Below, piece after piece: positions 11,691 through 21,285 of a stretch of 40,909 nucleotides of DNA. The notes under the pieces are model-generated. The model saw only the letters and a program-made list of their open reading frames with translations, did no database searches and had not been told where the DNA came from. A program made the position numbers and the translations under genes. Position 1 is the stretch's first letter. Each line of letters opens with the position of its first letter. Source of the DNA: Steroidobacterales bacterium (GTDB lineage Bacteria; Pseudomonadota; Gammaproteobacteria; Steroidobacterales; Steroidobacteraceae); the NCBI GenBank assembly GCA_044440325.1, contig JBIODE010000001.1:1-40909 (forward strand), written 5' to 3'.

Positions 11691-12413
11691 CTATCCATCG
11701 CTAGCCAGTTTGAACTGTCCGCGCAGCGCCGCGCGCGCGGCGCGCCACGCGACGATATTGTCGAGCAGAGCGGCGGCGCGCGTGCGGCCGCCGCCGCGGC
11801 TGCGGCGCGCCGCCAGCGCCGCCCACACCAGCCGCGGCGCGAGCGCCGGCTGCCGTGCCGTATCGATCGCCGTCACCGCCGCGGCCAGCGCGCGCCGATG
11901 CGCGTCGGCGCGCGCCGCACGGGCCGCAGGCTCCGCGGCGCGACGCGCCGGGCGTGCATCGACGTCGAGGTCGGCAATGGCGGCGGCCAGCTCATCGGCC
12001 GGTGGCCGATCGCCCAGCAGGCCGCCCAGTTGGCACAGCAGCGCCGCTGCAAATGGCGCGGGGCGCTGCAGCGCCGGCGCCGCACCCGGCACCAGCCGTT
12101 GCGCGAGCTCGAGTTCCGCGGCGGCGACCAGCGCCTGCAGGTCCACGGGCTCGCCCGGGAGCTCGAACAGACGACGCGACCACCCGTGCTGCGGCTCGCC
12201 GCGCGCCATGCGCAGGCTCTCCTCGCGCCACCAGGCCAGGCGCAGATGCGCGACATGATGATCGAGCTGCGGGCTCAAGCTCGCGGCGATCTCATCGGCG
12301 AGTGCGAACAGCAGCTGCGCGCGCGGCCGGTGCGCGCGCGCATACAGCAGCACGAAGTAGCGAATCGAGTCCGGCGGCGGCCAAGGCACATCGGGAGCCG
12401 GCGCGCCGCTCAA
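11691..12413 (-). CDS. Squalene/phytoene synthase-fold family protein (divergent, function unknown)
   Basis: Pattern YFVLLYARAHRPRAQLLFALADEIAASLSPQLDHHVAHLRLAWWREE resembles the N-terminal helices of SQS/PSY (HpnD/CrtB-like) proteins, and ADLDVDARPARR resembles the second Asp-rich region. The first DxxxD motif is missing. The start is uncertain: TTG 12413 (TTGA overlap with the upstream stop) or GTG 12389. The ORF-track start at 12506 overlaps the upstream gene by 97 nt. Confidence 0.5.
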   Translation of the reverse strand: MSGAPAPDVPWPPPDSIRYFVLLYARAHRPRAQLLFALADEIAASLSPQLDHHVAHLRLAWWREESLRMARGEPQHGWSRRLFELPGEPVDLQALVAAAELELAQRLVPGAAPALQRPAPFAAALLCQLGGLLGDRPPADELAAAIADLDVDARPARRAAEPAARAARADAHRRALAAAVTAIDTARQPALAPRLVWAALAARRSRGGGRTRAAALLDNIVAWRAARAALRGQFKLASDG

Positions 12414-13168
12414 GGCGGCGGCGCCGGCCGCCGGGGCATCGCATCGATCAGGCCAACCCAGGGCAGCAGCTGTAGTGGCGAGTCGATCCAGGCGTCGGCC
12501 GGCCATTGTGCCGGATCATCGGTCGCTGCGAAGTAACCGAAGCTCGCGACCAGCGCCACCATGCCGGCCGCACGCGCGGCCTGGATGTCGCGCAGGGCAT
12601 CACCCAGATAGAGGCAGCGCGCTGGAGCCACGCCGATGCGCTCGGCCGCTACCAACAGCGGACGCGGATGCGGTTTGCGCTCCGGCAGCGTGTCGCCGCA
12701 GATCAGCGCGCCGCAATGCGCGAGCAATCCGAGCTCCTGCAGCAGCGGCTCGGCCAGCCAGCCGGGCTTGTTGGTCACCACCCCCCACGGGATGTGCGCG
12801 GCTTGCAGGGTCTGCAGCACCTGCCTGAAGCCGGGAAACGGCCGCGTCTGCACGGCCAGAGCGGCGCGATACAGTGCCAAGAAGCGGCTGCGCAGCCGCT
12901 CGAACTCACCGTCGCCGACGTACGGAAATCCCACCCGCACGACCGCGTTGGAGCCGTGGGAGACCTGCGCGCGGATCGGCGAGAAATCCAACGCCGGCAG
13001 TTGCTCCTCGGCGCGTAACGCATTGAGCGCCGCGGCCATGTCCGGCGCCGTGTCGAGCAGCGTGCCGTCCAGATCGAGCAGCACCGCGGCGAGCGATGGC
13101 GGCGCGCTGCGCGCCGCGGCAGGCTCGGCGGGGCTCTGGGCCGGATGAGCGGAATCGGCGCTGGACAC
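12410..13168 (-). CDS. HAD-IA family phosphatase (phosphoglycolate phosphatase Gph / MurNAc-6-P phosphatase MupP-like)
   Basis: HAD motif I LLDLDGTLLDT, motif II VVTNKP, motif III/IV KPHPRPL...YLGDALRDIQAARAAG. Immediately downstream of ubiG, as mupP is in pseudomonads. GTG start. Confidence 0.85.
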   Translation of the reverse strand: MSSADSAHPAQSPAEPAAARSAPPSLAAVLLDLDGTLLDTAPDMAAALNALRAEEQLPALDFSPIRAQVSHGSNAVVRVGFPYVGDGEFERLRSRFLALYRAALAVQTRPFPGFRQVLQTLQAAHIPWGVVTNKPGWLAEPLLQELGLLAHCGALICGDTLPERKPHPRPLLVAAERIGVAPARCLYLGDALRDIQAARAAGMVALVASFGYFAATDDPAQWPADAWIDSPLQLLPWVGLIDAMPRRPAPPP

Positions 13169-13176
13169 TGCGAGGC

Positions 13177-13884
13177 TTATGACTCGCGTTCGAAGTGCGC
13201 GAGATAGTTGATGCCGGGGTCGCCGCGCACCGCGGCCGCGCCGGACAGCGGGTTGAATTGCACGCCCGAGATATCGCGCAGCGCGAGCTGTTGCGCCCGC
13301 GCCATGCGCGCGAGCTCGGCCGGCCGAATCAGCCGTGCGTATTCGTGCGTGCCGCGTGGAATCAAATTCAGCAGGTATTCGGCGCCGACGATCGCGAACA
13401 GAAAAGAGCGCAGCGTGCGATTGATGGTTGAAACGAACAGCTGTCCCGTCGGGCGCAGCAGGCGCGCAAGCGCCGCCAGCGTGCCGGCCGGATCGGGCAC
13501 GTGCTCGAGCAATTCCATGCAGGTGATGACATCGAAGCCGCCGGCGTCGGTCGCCACCAGCGCTTCGGCCGAGCTCAAACGATAGTCGATGGCCAGTGCG
13601 CTCTCGCTCGCATGCAGCCGCGCGATCTCAATCATCGCCGGCGCCAGGTCCACGCCGACGACCTGCGCGCCGCGGCGCGCCAGTGCTTCGGTCAGCAACC
13701 CGCCGCCGCAGCCGACATCGAGCACCCGGCGACCGGCGAGTGCGGTGCGTGCGCTGATATAGTCGAGACGCACGGGATTGAGCGCGTGCAGCGGCCGAAA
13801 GGAGCCGCGCGCATCCCAGAATTCGTGCGCGAGCGCATCGAATTTCTCGATTTCAGTCTGATCTGCGCTCGCGGTGGCCGGCAT
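13177..13884 (-). CDS. ubiG: Bifunctional 3-demethylubiquinol 3-O-methyltransferase / 2-polyprenyl-6-hydroxyphenol methylase UbiG
   Basis: 235 aa from the ATG at 13884 (MPATASADQTEIEKFDALAHEFWD). SAM-binding motif VLDVGCGGGLL and block DVITCMELLEHVPDP. The ORF-track extension to 14646 is antisense to gyrA and I reject it. Confidence 0.93.
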   Translation of the reverse strand: MPATASADQTEIEKFDALAHEFWDARGSFRPLHALNPVRLDYISARTALAGRRVLDVGCGGGLLTEALARRGAQVVGVDLAPAMIEIARLHASESALAIDYRLSSAEALVATDAGGFDVITCMELLEHVPDPAGTLAALARLLRPTGQLFVSTINRTLRSFLFAIVGAEYLLNLIPRGTHEYARLIRPAELARMARAQQLALRDISGVQFNPLSGAAAVRGDPGINYLAHFERES

Positions 13885-14013
13885 CACTTCAGGTCCTCGT
13901 GGCTGCGCCGCAAGTATAGCGGCCCGAGGCACCAGAACGCTGCAATGTGTTAAGATTACCGGCTTCAAATGCCCATTTGACGTGACAAACTTTCCCAGCA
14001 ATAAAGGCGGCTC

Positions 14014-16596
14014 GTGTCGGACATAGCGCGCGAAGTCGTACCCGTCAATCTCGAGGACGAGATGCGGCAATCCTATCTCGATTACGCCATGAGCGTGATC
14101 GTGGGCCGCGCTCTGCCCGACGTACGCGACGGCCTCAAGCCCGTGCATCGGCGCGTGCTGCATGCGATGCGCGAGCTCGGCAACGACTATAACAAGGCCT
14201 TCAAGAAGTCCGCGCGCATCGTCGGCGACGTCATCGGCAAGTACCATCCGCACGGCGACACCGCGGTCTACGACACGATGGTGCGCATGGCGCAGCCGTT
14301 CTCGATGCGCTACCTGTTGATCGACGGTCAGGGCAATTTCGGCTCGGTGGACGGCGACCCGCCCGCGGCCATGCGCTACACCGAAGTGCGCATGTCGAAG
14401 CTCGCGCACGAGCTGCTGGCCGATATCGACAAGGAAACGGTCGATTTCGTCGCCAACTACGACGAGTCGGAGCATGAACCTTCGGTGTTGCCGACGCGTG
14501 TTCCGAACCTGCTGATCAACGGCTCCTCCGGCATCGCGGTCGGCATGGCGACCAACATTCCGCCGCACAATCTCACCGAGATCGCCAATGCCTGCCTGGC
14601 GCTGATCGACGATCCCGCGCTCTCGCTCGCCGGCCTGATGCAACACGTGCCGGGACCGGATTTTCCGACGGCCGGCATCATCAACGGTGCGCAGGAGATC
14701 GTCACCGCGTACAAGACCGGCCGCGGCCGGCTCTCGATCCGCGCACGTGCGTCGATCGAGGAATATGACGACCGTGGCCGCCAGGCGATCATCGTCACGG
14801 AGCTGCCGTACCAGGTCAACAAGGCGCGGCTGCTCGAGCGTATCGCCGAGCTGGTGCGCAACAAGCAGATCGAGGGCATCTCGGAGCTGCGCGATGAGTC
14901 CGACAAGGACGGCATGCGCGTGGTGATCGAGCTCAAGCGCGGCGAAGTCGCGGAGATCGTGCTAAACAATCTGTTCGCACAGACACCGATGGAAACGGTG
15001 TTCGGCATCAACATGGTCGCGCTGCAGGACGGGCAGCCGAAAGTGATGTCGCTGCGCGAGATGCTCGACGCGTTCCTGAGCCATCGCCGCGAGGTGGTCA
15101 CGCGTCGCACGATCTACGAGCTGCGGCGCGCGCGCGAGCGGGCACACATCCTCGAAGGTCTGGCGGTCGCGCTCGCGAACATCGATGAGATCATCGCGCT
15201 GATCAAGGCCTCGCCCTCGCCGGTCGAGGCGCGCGGCGCGATGATGGCTCGCGTCTGGCCGCCCGGCGCGGTGCCGCAGATGCTCGCGCGTGCCGGCGAA
15301 TTCTCCACGCGCCCGGACGGACTCGCGAGCGAGCTCGGCCTGGCAGGCGCGGGCTATCGCCTGAGCGAGGTGCAAGCGCAGGCGATCCTCGACATGCGGC
15401 TGCACCGCCTCACCGGGCTCGAGCAGGACAAAATTCTGGAAGAGTTCCGCGGCTTGCTCGAGCAGATCGTGGATCTGTCGGACATTCTCGCGCGCCCGGA
15501 GCGGCTCACCGCGGTGGTGCGCGGCGAAATCGTCGAGATACGCGACAACTACGGCGATGCACGCCGCACCGAGATCAGCCGCGATCACCTGGACCTCAGC
15601 ACCGAGGACTTGATCGAGCCGCAGGACGTCGCCGTGACCCTCTCGCATGCCGGCTATGCCAAGGCGCAGCCGGTGTCCGACTACCAGGCGCAGCGGCGTG
15701 GCGGCCGTGGCAAGTCTGCGACCGCGGTCAAGGATGAGGATTTCATCGAGAAATTCTTCATCGCGCACACGCATGACACGCTGCTGTGTTTCTCCAACCG
15801 CGGCAAGCTCTATTGGCTGCGCGTGTTCGAGCTGCCGCAGGCCGGGCGCGGCTCGCGCGGCAAACCGATCGTGAATCTGCTGCCGCTCGAGGAGGGCGAG
15901 AAGATCAGCGCGGTGCTGTCGATCAAGCAGTTCGATGAGCAGCATTTCGTATTCATGGCGACCAGTCTCGGCACCGTCAAGAAGACGCCGTTGAGCGCGT
16001 TCTCGCGCCCGCGCGCGAACGGCATCATCGCGCTCGATTTGCGCGGCGACGATACGCTGGTCGGCGCGGCGCTGACCGACGGGCAGCGCGAGATCATGTT
16101 GTGCACCAGCGGCGGCAAGGCGATCCGCTTCCACGAAGCGGAAGTGCGGCCGATGGGGCGCGAGGCGGCGGGCGTGCGCGGCGTGCGGCTCGCGGACGAT
16201 CAGCGGCTGATCGCGTTGCTGGTGCTCGAAGCGGGCTATGTGCTGACGGCGTCCGAGAACGGGTACGGCAAGCTCACGCCACTGGCGGAGTTTCCGGGGC
16301 ACGGACGCGGCGGTCAGGGCGTCATCGCGCTGCAGACCACCGCGCGCAACGGCCGCACCGTCGCGGCGCTGCAGGTGCAGTCGGGGCATGAGCTGATGCT
16401 GATCAGCTCGACCGGTACGCTGGTGCGCACGCCGGTGGCCGACATCTCGATCGTCGGCCGCAACACCCAGGGCGTGCGGCTCATCCGCCTGGGAGAAGGC
16501 GAACGTCTCACCGGCGTCGAGCGCGTCGTCATGATCGAAGGCGGGGTCGAGGAAGGCAGCAGCGACAGCGCCGCCGAAGAGGCCAGCCCGCCTTAG
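14014..16596 (+). CDS. gyrA: DNA gyrase subunit A
   Basis: 860 aa. N-terminus [38 protein letters not shown] region [19 protein letters not shown], active-site region [10 protein letters not shown]-terminal beta-pinwheel repeats. GTG start. Confidence 0.98.
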   Translation: MSDIAREVVPVNLEDEMRQSYLDYAMSVIVGRALPDVRDGLKPVHRRVLHAMRELGNDYNKAFKKSARIVGDVIGKYHPHGDTAVYDTMVRMAQPFSMRYLLIDGQGNFGSVDGDPPAAMRYTEVRMSKLAHELLADIDKETVDFVANYDESEHEPSVLPTRVPNLLINGSSGIAVGMATNIPPHNLTEIANACLALIDDPALSLAGLMQHVPGPDFPTAGIINGAQEIVTAYKTGRGRLSIRARASIEEYDDRGRQAIIVTELPYQVNKARLLERIAELVRNKQIEGISELRDESDKDGMRVVIELKRGEVAEIVLNNLFAQTPMETVFGINMVALQDGQPKVMSLREMLDAFLSHRREVVTRRTIYELRRARERAHILEGLAVALANIDEIIALIKASPSPVEARGAMMARVWPPGAVPQMLARAGEFSTRPDGLASELGLAGAGYRLSEVQAQAILDMRLHRLTGLEQDKILEEFRGLLEQIVDLSDILARPERLTAVVRGEIVEIRDNYGDARRTEISRDHLDLSTEDLIEPQDVAVTLSHAGYAKAQPVSDYQAQRRGGRGKSATAVKDEDFIEKFFIAHTHDTLLCFSNRGKLYWLRVFELPQAGRGSRGKPIVNLLPLEEGEKISAVLSIKQFDEQHFVFMATSLGTVKKTPLSAFSRPRANGIIALDLRGDDTLVGAALTDGQREIMLCTSGGKAIRFHEAEVRPMGREAAGVRGVRLADDQRLIALLVLEAGYVLTASENGYGKLTPLAEFPGHGRGGQGVIALQTTARNGRTVAALQVQSGHELMLISSTGTLVRTPVADISIVGRNTQGVRLIRLGEGERLTGVERVVMIEGGVEEGSSDSAAEEASPP

Positions 16597-16674
16597 GTCC
16601 AAGGCTCCGCTCTGCTAGAATCCGCCGTTCATTGGTCTCGGCTTTCAACCTCTCTCAAAGAAGGTTTTCGCACC

Positions 16675-17751
16675 GTGCGCGTATTCAATTTTGCTGCGGG
16701 CCCCGCAGTTTTGCCGCTGGAAGTCCTGCAACAGGCTCAGGCCGAGCTGACCGACTGGAAGGCGACCGGCATGTCGGTCATGGAGGTCAGCCACCGCAGC
16801 AAGGCTTTCATCGCCGTCGCCGCCGAGGCCGAGGCGGATCTGCGCGAGCTGCTGGCGATCCCGCCGAACTACAAGGTGCTGTTCTTGCAGGGTGGCGCCA
16901 CCGGTCAGTTCTCCGCGATCCCGCTGAATCTGGCTACGAGCGAGGCCACCGTCGACTACATCAATACGGGCGCCTGGTCGAAAAAGGCGATCGGGGAGGC
17001 CAAGCGCTATTGCAAGGTCAACGTGGCCGCGGATGCGGCGGCCTCGAACTACACCGGCGTGCCGGCGCAAGCGGGCTGGAAGCTCACCGCCGGCGCAGCG
17101 TATCTGCACTACACGCCGAACGAGACGATCGGCGGCGTGGAGTTTCCATTCATCCCGCAGGTCGACGTGCCGTTGGTGGGGGATTTTTCCTCGACGATCC
17201 TCTCGCGCCCGCTCGAGGTCAGCCGCTTCGGCCTGATCTATGCCGGTGCCCAGAAGAACATCGGGCCGGCGGGGATCTGCGTCGTGATCGTGCGCGAAGA
17301 CCTGATCGGCCACGCGCGCGCCGGCACGCCGACGGTTTGGGACTTCAAGGCCATGGCCGATGAAGGCTCGATGCTCAATACCCCGCCCACCTTCGGTTGG
17401 TATTTTGCCGGCCTCGTGTTCAAGTGGATCAAGAAGCAGGGCGGCCTGGCTGCGATGGCCGAGCGCAATCGAGCCAAGGCCGAGAAACTCTATCGCGCCA
17501 TCGATGAGTCCGAGTTCTACCGCAATCCGGTCGACAAGGGATGCCGCTCGTGGATGAATGTGCCGTTCATTCTCGCCAAGCCCGAGCTCGACCAGACCTT
17601 CCTCGCGGAGGCGAAGCAGGCGGGGCTCGCGAATCTCGAGGGTCACCGCTCGGTCGGCGGCATGCGCGCGAGCCTCTACAATGCGATGCCGCCGGCGGGC
17701 GTCGATGCGTTGGTCGAATTCATGCATGAATTCGCGCGGCGCAACGCATAA
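16675..17751 (+). CDS. serC: 3-phosphoserine/phosphohydroxythreonine aminotransferase SerC
   Basis: N-terminus VFNFAAGPAVLP..VL, PLP-lysine region YAGAQKNIGPAG, C-terminal GGMRASLYNAMP. GTG start. Confidence 0.95.
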   Translation: MRVFNFAAGPAVLPLEVLQQAQAELTDWKATGMSVMEVSHRSKAFIAVAAEAEADLRELLAIPPNYKVLFLQGGATGQFSAIPLNLATSEATVDYINTGAWSKKAIGEAKRYCKVNVAADAAASNYTGVPAQAGWKLTAGAAYLHYTPNETIGGVEFPFIPQVDVPLVGDFSSTILSRPLEVSRFGLIYAGAQKNIGPAGICVVIVREDLIGHARAGTPTVWDFKAMADEGSMLNTPPTFGWYFAGLVFKWIKKQGGLAAMAERNRAKAEKLYRAIDESEFYRNPVDKGCRSWMNVPFILAKPELDQTFLAEAKQAGLANLEGHRSVGGMRASLYNAMPPAGVDALVEFMHEFARRNA

Positions 17752-17763
17752 GGCCGGGCGCCC

Positions 17764-18951
17764 ATGGGCTACCGAATCCTGACCCTGAACAATATCAGCG
17801 TGCGCGGCCTCGAGCGTCTGCCGCGCGAGCGTTACGAGGTCGCCTCCGCCATCGGCGACCCGCACGCCGTGCTGCTGCGCTCGGCCGACATGCACAAGCT
17901 CGAGATCCCGCCCTCCGTGCTCGCCGTCGCGCGCGCCGGCGCCGGCACGAACAATATTCCGGTCGGCAACCTGAGCAAACGCGGCGTGCCGGTGTTCAAT
18001 GCACCCGGCGCGAACGCCAATGCGGTCAAGGAACTCGTGCTCGCGGGACTGCTGCTCGCCGCCCGCAACATCTGCCAGGCCTGGGCGTTCGCGCGCGGCT
18101 TGGGCGGCGATGACCGCGCCATCGACGAGGCGGTGGAAAGAGGCAAGAAAGCCTTTATCGGCTTCGAGTTGCCCGGACGCACCCTCGGTGTCGTGGGACT
18201 CGGCGCGATCGGTGTCGAGGTCGCCAATAGCGCGGTGGCGCTGGGCATGAAGGTGCTCGGCTACGACCCGCAGATCACCGTGCAGCGCGCCTGGCAGCTG
18301 TCCTCCTCGGTGCAACAGGCGCTGTCGCTCGATGATCTGTTCGCGCGCGCCGACGCCGTCAGCGTGCATGTGCCGCTGCTCGACTCGACGCGCGCGCTGG
18401 TCAATGCCGCGCGCCTCAAGCTCATGAAGCCCGACGGCGTCGTTCTGAACTTCGCGCGCGCGCCGATCGTCAGCGAGCCCGATATCCGCGCCGCGCTCGA
18501 TGCCGGTCATTTGCACGCCTATGTCTGCGATTTTCCGAGCGCTGCGCTCAAGGACCATCCGCGCGCCGTGACCTTGCCGCACCTGGGCGCCTCGACCAAT
18601 GAAGCCGAAGAGAACTGCGCCGTCATGGCGGCCGACACGCTGCGCGACTTTCTCGAGAACGGCAACATCCGCAATTCGGTGAACTTCCCGGAGGCGGTCC
18701 TGCCGCGCGTGCCGGGCACCACGCGCATCGCAGTCGCCAATAGCAACGTGCCGAACATGGTCGGCCAGATCTCCACCAGCCTGGCCGGCGTCGGATTGAA
18801 CATCGCCGATCTGCTCAATAAATCGCGCGGTGAGTATGCGTACACGCTGATCGACACCGAAGGCGCCGCCGATGAGGCGTTGCTGCAGCGTATCCGCGCC
18901 ATCCCGGGCGTGCTCTCGGCGCGCCTGGTCGTCCTGCCGCAGCCGGATTGA
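17764..18951 (+). CDS. serA: D-3-phosphoglycerate dehydrogenase (2-hydroxyacid dehydrogenase with a C-terminal ACT domain)
   Basis: NAD-binding motif GVVGLGAIGVEVA, catalytic-domain blocks (RAGAGTNNIP, LPHLGAST.EA), and a C-terminal ACT-like segment (RIAVANSNVPNMVGQISTSLAGVGLNIADL). Adjacent to serC. Confidence 0.85.
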   Translation: MGYRILTLNNISVRGLERLPRERYEVASAIGDPHAVLLRSADMHKLEIPPSVLAVARAGAGTNNIPVGNLSKRGVPVFNAPGANANAVKELVLAGLLLAARNICQAWAFARGLGGDDRAIDEAVERGKKAFIGFELPGRTLGVVGLGAIGVEVANSAVALGMKVLGYDPQITVQRAWQLSSSVQQALSLDDLFARADAVSVHVPLLDSTRALVNAARLKLMKPDGVVLNFARAPIVSEPDIRAALDAGHLHAYVCDFPSAALKDHPRAVTLPHLGASTNEAEENCAVMAADTLRDFLENGNIRNSVNFPEAVLPRVPGTTRIAVANSNVPNMVGQISTSLAGVGLNIADLLNKSRGEYAYTLIDTEGAADEALLQRIRAIPGVLSARLVVLPQPD

Positions 18952-20132
18952 TCGGGACCGCCATGGCACGACGCCGCGCTTCCAAACCAACTGCCAATGC
19001 CGCTGCAAAGACAGCCTCCGTGGCGGCTTCCGGCCGGGGTGGCACCCAAGAGCGGGTTCTGCGCGATCTGCGCACACGCATCGATGCAGTCGATGAGCAG
19101 CTGCACGCACTGATCAACGAGCGCGCGCGGCTGGCCAAGCAGGCCGGAGTCTCCAAGCATCTGGACGGGCACACGGTCGATTTTTATCGGCCGGAGCGCG
19201 AGGCCGAGGTGCTGCGCCGGGCGGTCGAACGCAATGACGGACCGCTACACGACGAGGAGATCGTGCGGCTTTTTCGCGAGATCATGTCGGCCTGTCTCGC
19301 GCAAGAGGAGCCGCTGAAGGTGGCCTTCCTGGGACCCGAGGGCACGTATACGCAGACAGCCGTGCTCAAGCACTTTGGTCACTCGGTGCGTGCGCTGGCG
19401 CTGTCGAACGTGGATGAGGTATTCCACGAGGTCGAGGCCGGTAACGCCGACTTCGGCGTGGTCGCGATCGAGAATTCCACCGAAGGGATGATCACGCATA
19501 CGCTCGACCGCTTCCTGACCAGTCCGCTGCACATCTGCGGTGAGGTCGAGCTGCGCATCCACCATTGTTTGATGGGACGCATGGACGCGCTCGAGAAGAT
19601 CGTGCGCGTGAGCGCCCACGCGCAGGCGCTGGTGCAATGCCGCGGCTGGCTCGATGAGCATCTGCCGCTGGCCGAGCGCATTGCCGCCGCCAGTAATGCC
19701 GACGGCGCGCGCCGCGCGCGCGATGAGGTCGGGACTGCCGCGATCGCCGGCGAAACCGCGGCCGATGTCTACGGGCTGAACATTCTCGTCAAGGAGATTG
19801 AGGACCGGCCGGACAATTCCACCCGCTTCCTGGTGATCGGCCGCAAGCTGTTTCGCGCCAGCGGCGTGGATCGCACGACATTGCTGCTGTCGGCCGGCGA
19901 CACGGCCTCCCCGGGCGCCTTGCACCGACTGCTCGAGCCGCTGGCAAAACACGGCATCAGCATGAGCCGCATCGAATCGCGGCCATCGCGCCGGCGCAAG
20001 TGGGACTACGTATTCTTCATCGATATCGACGGACACACCGAAGACGCACCGGTGAAGAAGGCGCTGGCGGAGCTCAAGTCGCGCGCCTCGTTGTTTCGCG
20101 TCCTGGGATCCTATCCGCGGGCGGTGCTGTAG
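18948..20132 (+). CDS. pheA: Bifunctional chorismate mutase / prephenate dehydratase (P-protein)
   Basis: CM domain (LRDLRTRIDAVDEQLHALINERARLA), PDT domain (VAFLGPEGTYTQ, TRF) and a C-terminal ACT domain (ESRPS). Start is either TTG 18948 (TTGA overlap with the serA stop) or ATG 18963. Confidence 0.93.
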   Translation: MIGTAMARRRASKPTANAAAKTASVAASGRGGTQERVLRDLRTRIDAVDEQLHALINERARLAKQAGVSKHLDGHTVDFYRPEREAEVLRRAVERNDGPLHDEEIVRLFREIMSACLAQEEPLKVAFLGPEGTYTQTAVLKHFGHSVRALALSNVDEVFHEVEAGNADFGVVAIENSTEGMITHTLDRFLTSPLHICGEVELRIHHCLMGRMDALEKIVRVSAHAQALVQCRGWLDEHLPLAERIAAASNADGARRARDEVGTAAIAGETAADVYGLNILVKEIEDRPDNSTRFLVIGRKLFRASGVDRTTLLLSAGDTASPGALHRLLEPLAKHGISMSRIESRPSRRRKWDYVFFIDIDGHTEDAPVKKALAELKSRASLFRVLGSYPRAVL

Positions 20133-21278
20133 TTGCCGCATATGGATAGGGCGCAGCAGGCGCATCCCGGGCGGCTCGCGGTCGAAGCGGTGCGTACGCT
20201 GTCTCCCTACGTGCCGGGTAAACCGATATCCGAGCTCGAGCGCGAGCTCGGCATTCACGATATCGTCAAACTGGCCTCGAACGAAAACCCGTACGGTCCG
20301 AGTCCGCGGGCGCTGAGCGCGATGCGCGCTGCCCTCGAGGAGGTCTGGCTCTACCCGGACGGTAGCTGTCATGAGCTCAAGCAGGCGTTGAGCCGCCATC
20401 TGCAGATGCCCGCGCAGTGCCTGACGGTCGGCAACGGCTCCAATGAGCTGTTGATGCTGCTCGCCGAGAGCTTTTTGACCCCGGCGGCGAACGCCGTGTA
20501 TTCCCAGTATGGTTTTGCCATCTATCCGCTGGTGATCGGTGCGACCGGAGCGCGCGCGCTCGCGGCACCGGCGCTGGCGGCTGATAGCGCGATGCCCTTC
20601 GGCCATGATCTCGATGCCATGCAGCGCGCAATCACGGAGCAGACACGGCTGGTGTTCATCGCCAACCCCAATAACCCCACCGGCACCTGGGTCGAGCATG
20701 CCGCGCTCGCGCGCTTCATCGACGCGGCGCCGCCGACGACGCTCGTGATCCTCGATGAGGCGTATCTCGAATACGGGCGGGAATTCGGGATCGGCGAGGG
20801 CTTGAAGTGGCTCGACGCGCACCCGAATCTCGTGCTCTTGCGCACGCTGTCCAAGGCCTACGGCCTGGCCGGTGCGCGCGTAGGCTATGCCGTATCGCAC
20901 CCGGAAATCGCCGAAGTGTTGAATCGTCTGCGGCCCGCCTTCAACGTCAATTCCATCGCGCAGGCCGGCGCAATCGCGGCGCTCGCCGATCAGGGGCATA
21001 TGCAGCGCAGCGTGGCCGCAACGCTCGGCGAGAGGCGGCGCGTGGCGGCGGCGCTGCGCGAACGCGGCATTGAGTATGTGCCGTCGGCGGCGAATTTCCT
21101 GTTGGTGCGGGTGGGACCGGCGGCCGCGGCGATCTTCACGGAGCTGCTGCAGGCGGGTCTCATCGTCCGGCCGGTCGGCGGCTATGGACTGGCGGAACAT
21201 CTGCGCATATCGATCGGCTTGCCGGCGCAGAACGATCTGCTGCTGTCGGCGTTGACGCGCCTGACGGCGGCTGGTTGA
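20133..21278 (+). CDS. hisC: Histidinol-phosphate / aromatic aminotransferase HisC
   Basis: Blocks YVPGKPI, KLASNENPYGPSP, NPNNPTG, RTLSKAYGLAGARVGY (PLP lysine). Start is TTG 20133 or ATG 20142. Confidence 0.92.
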   Translation: MPHMDRAQQAHPGRLAVEAVRTLSPYVPGKPISELERELGIHDIVKLASNENPYGPSPRALSAMRAALEEVWLYPDGSCHELKQALSRHLQMPAQCLTVGNGSNELLMLLAESFLTPAANAVYSQYGFAIYPLVIGATGARALAAPALAADSAMPFGHDLDAMQRAITEQTRLVFIANPNNPTGTWVEHAALARFIDAAPPTTLVILDEAYLEYGREFGIGEGLKWLDAHPNLVLLRTLSKAYGLAGARVGYAVSHPEIAEVLNRLRPAFNVNSIAQAGAIAALADQGHMQRSVAATLGERRRVAAALRERGIEYVPSAANFLLVRVGPAAAAIFTELLQAGLIVRPVGGYGLAEHLRISIGLPAQNDLLLSALTRLTAAG

Positions 21279-21285
21279 GGCCGCA

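Noticed and set aside
13885-14013. TTGACG at 13977-13982 as a gyrA -35 element in the ubiG/gyrA divergent region.
   Set aside because: The matching -10 position (around 14000) would put the transcription start on top of the Shine-Dalgarno and GTG start. The promoter is therefore not resolved from sequence alone.
13885-14646. The N-terminal 254 aa of the 489-aa ORF that contains ubiG.
   Set aside because: That part is antisense to the start of gyrA and has no motifs. A complete UbiG of 235 aa begins at ATG 13884.
16645-19110. An 821-aa ORF on the minus strand covering serC and serA.
   Set aside because: It is antisense to two genes with unmistakable conserved protein sequences. Its translation is Arg/Ala/Gly-rich with no recognisable motifs. 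This is the typical stop-poor shadow frame of a GC-rich genome.
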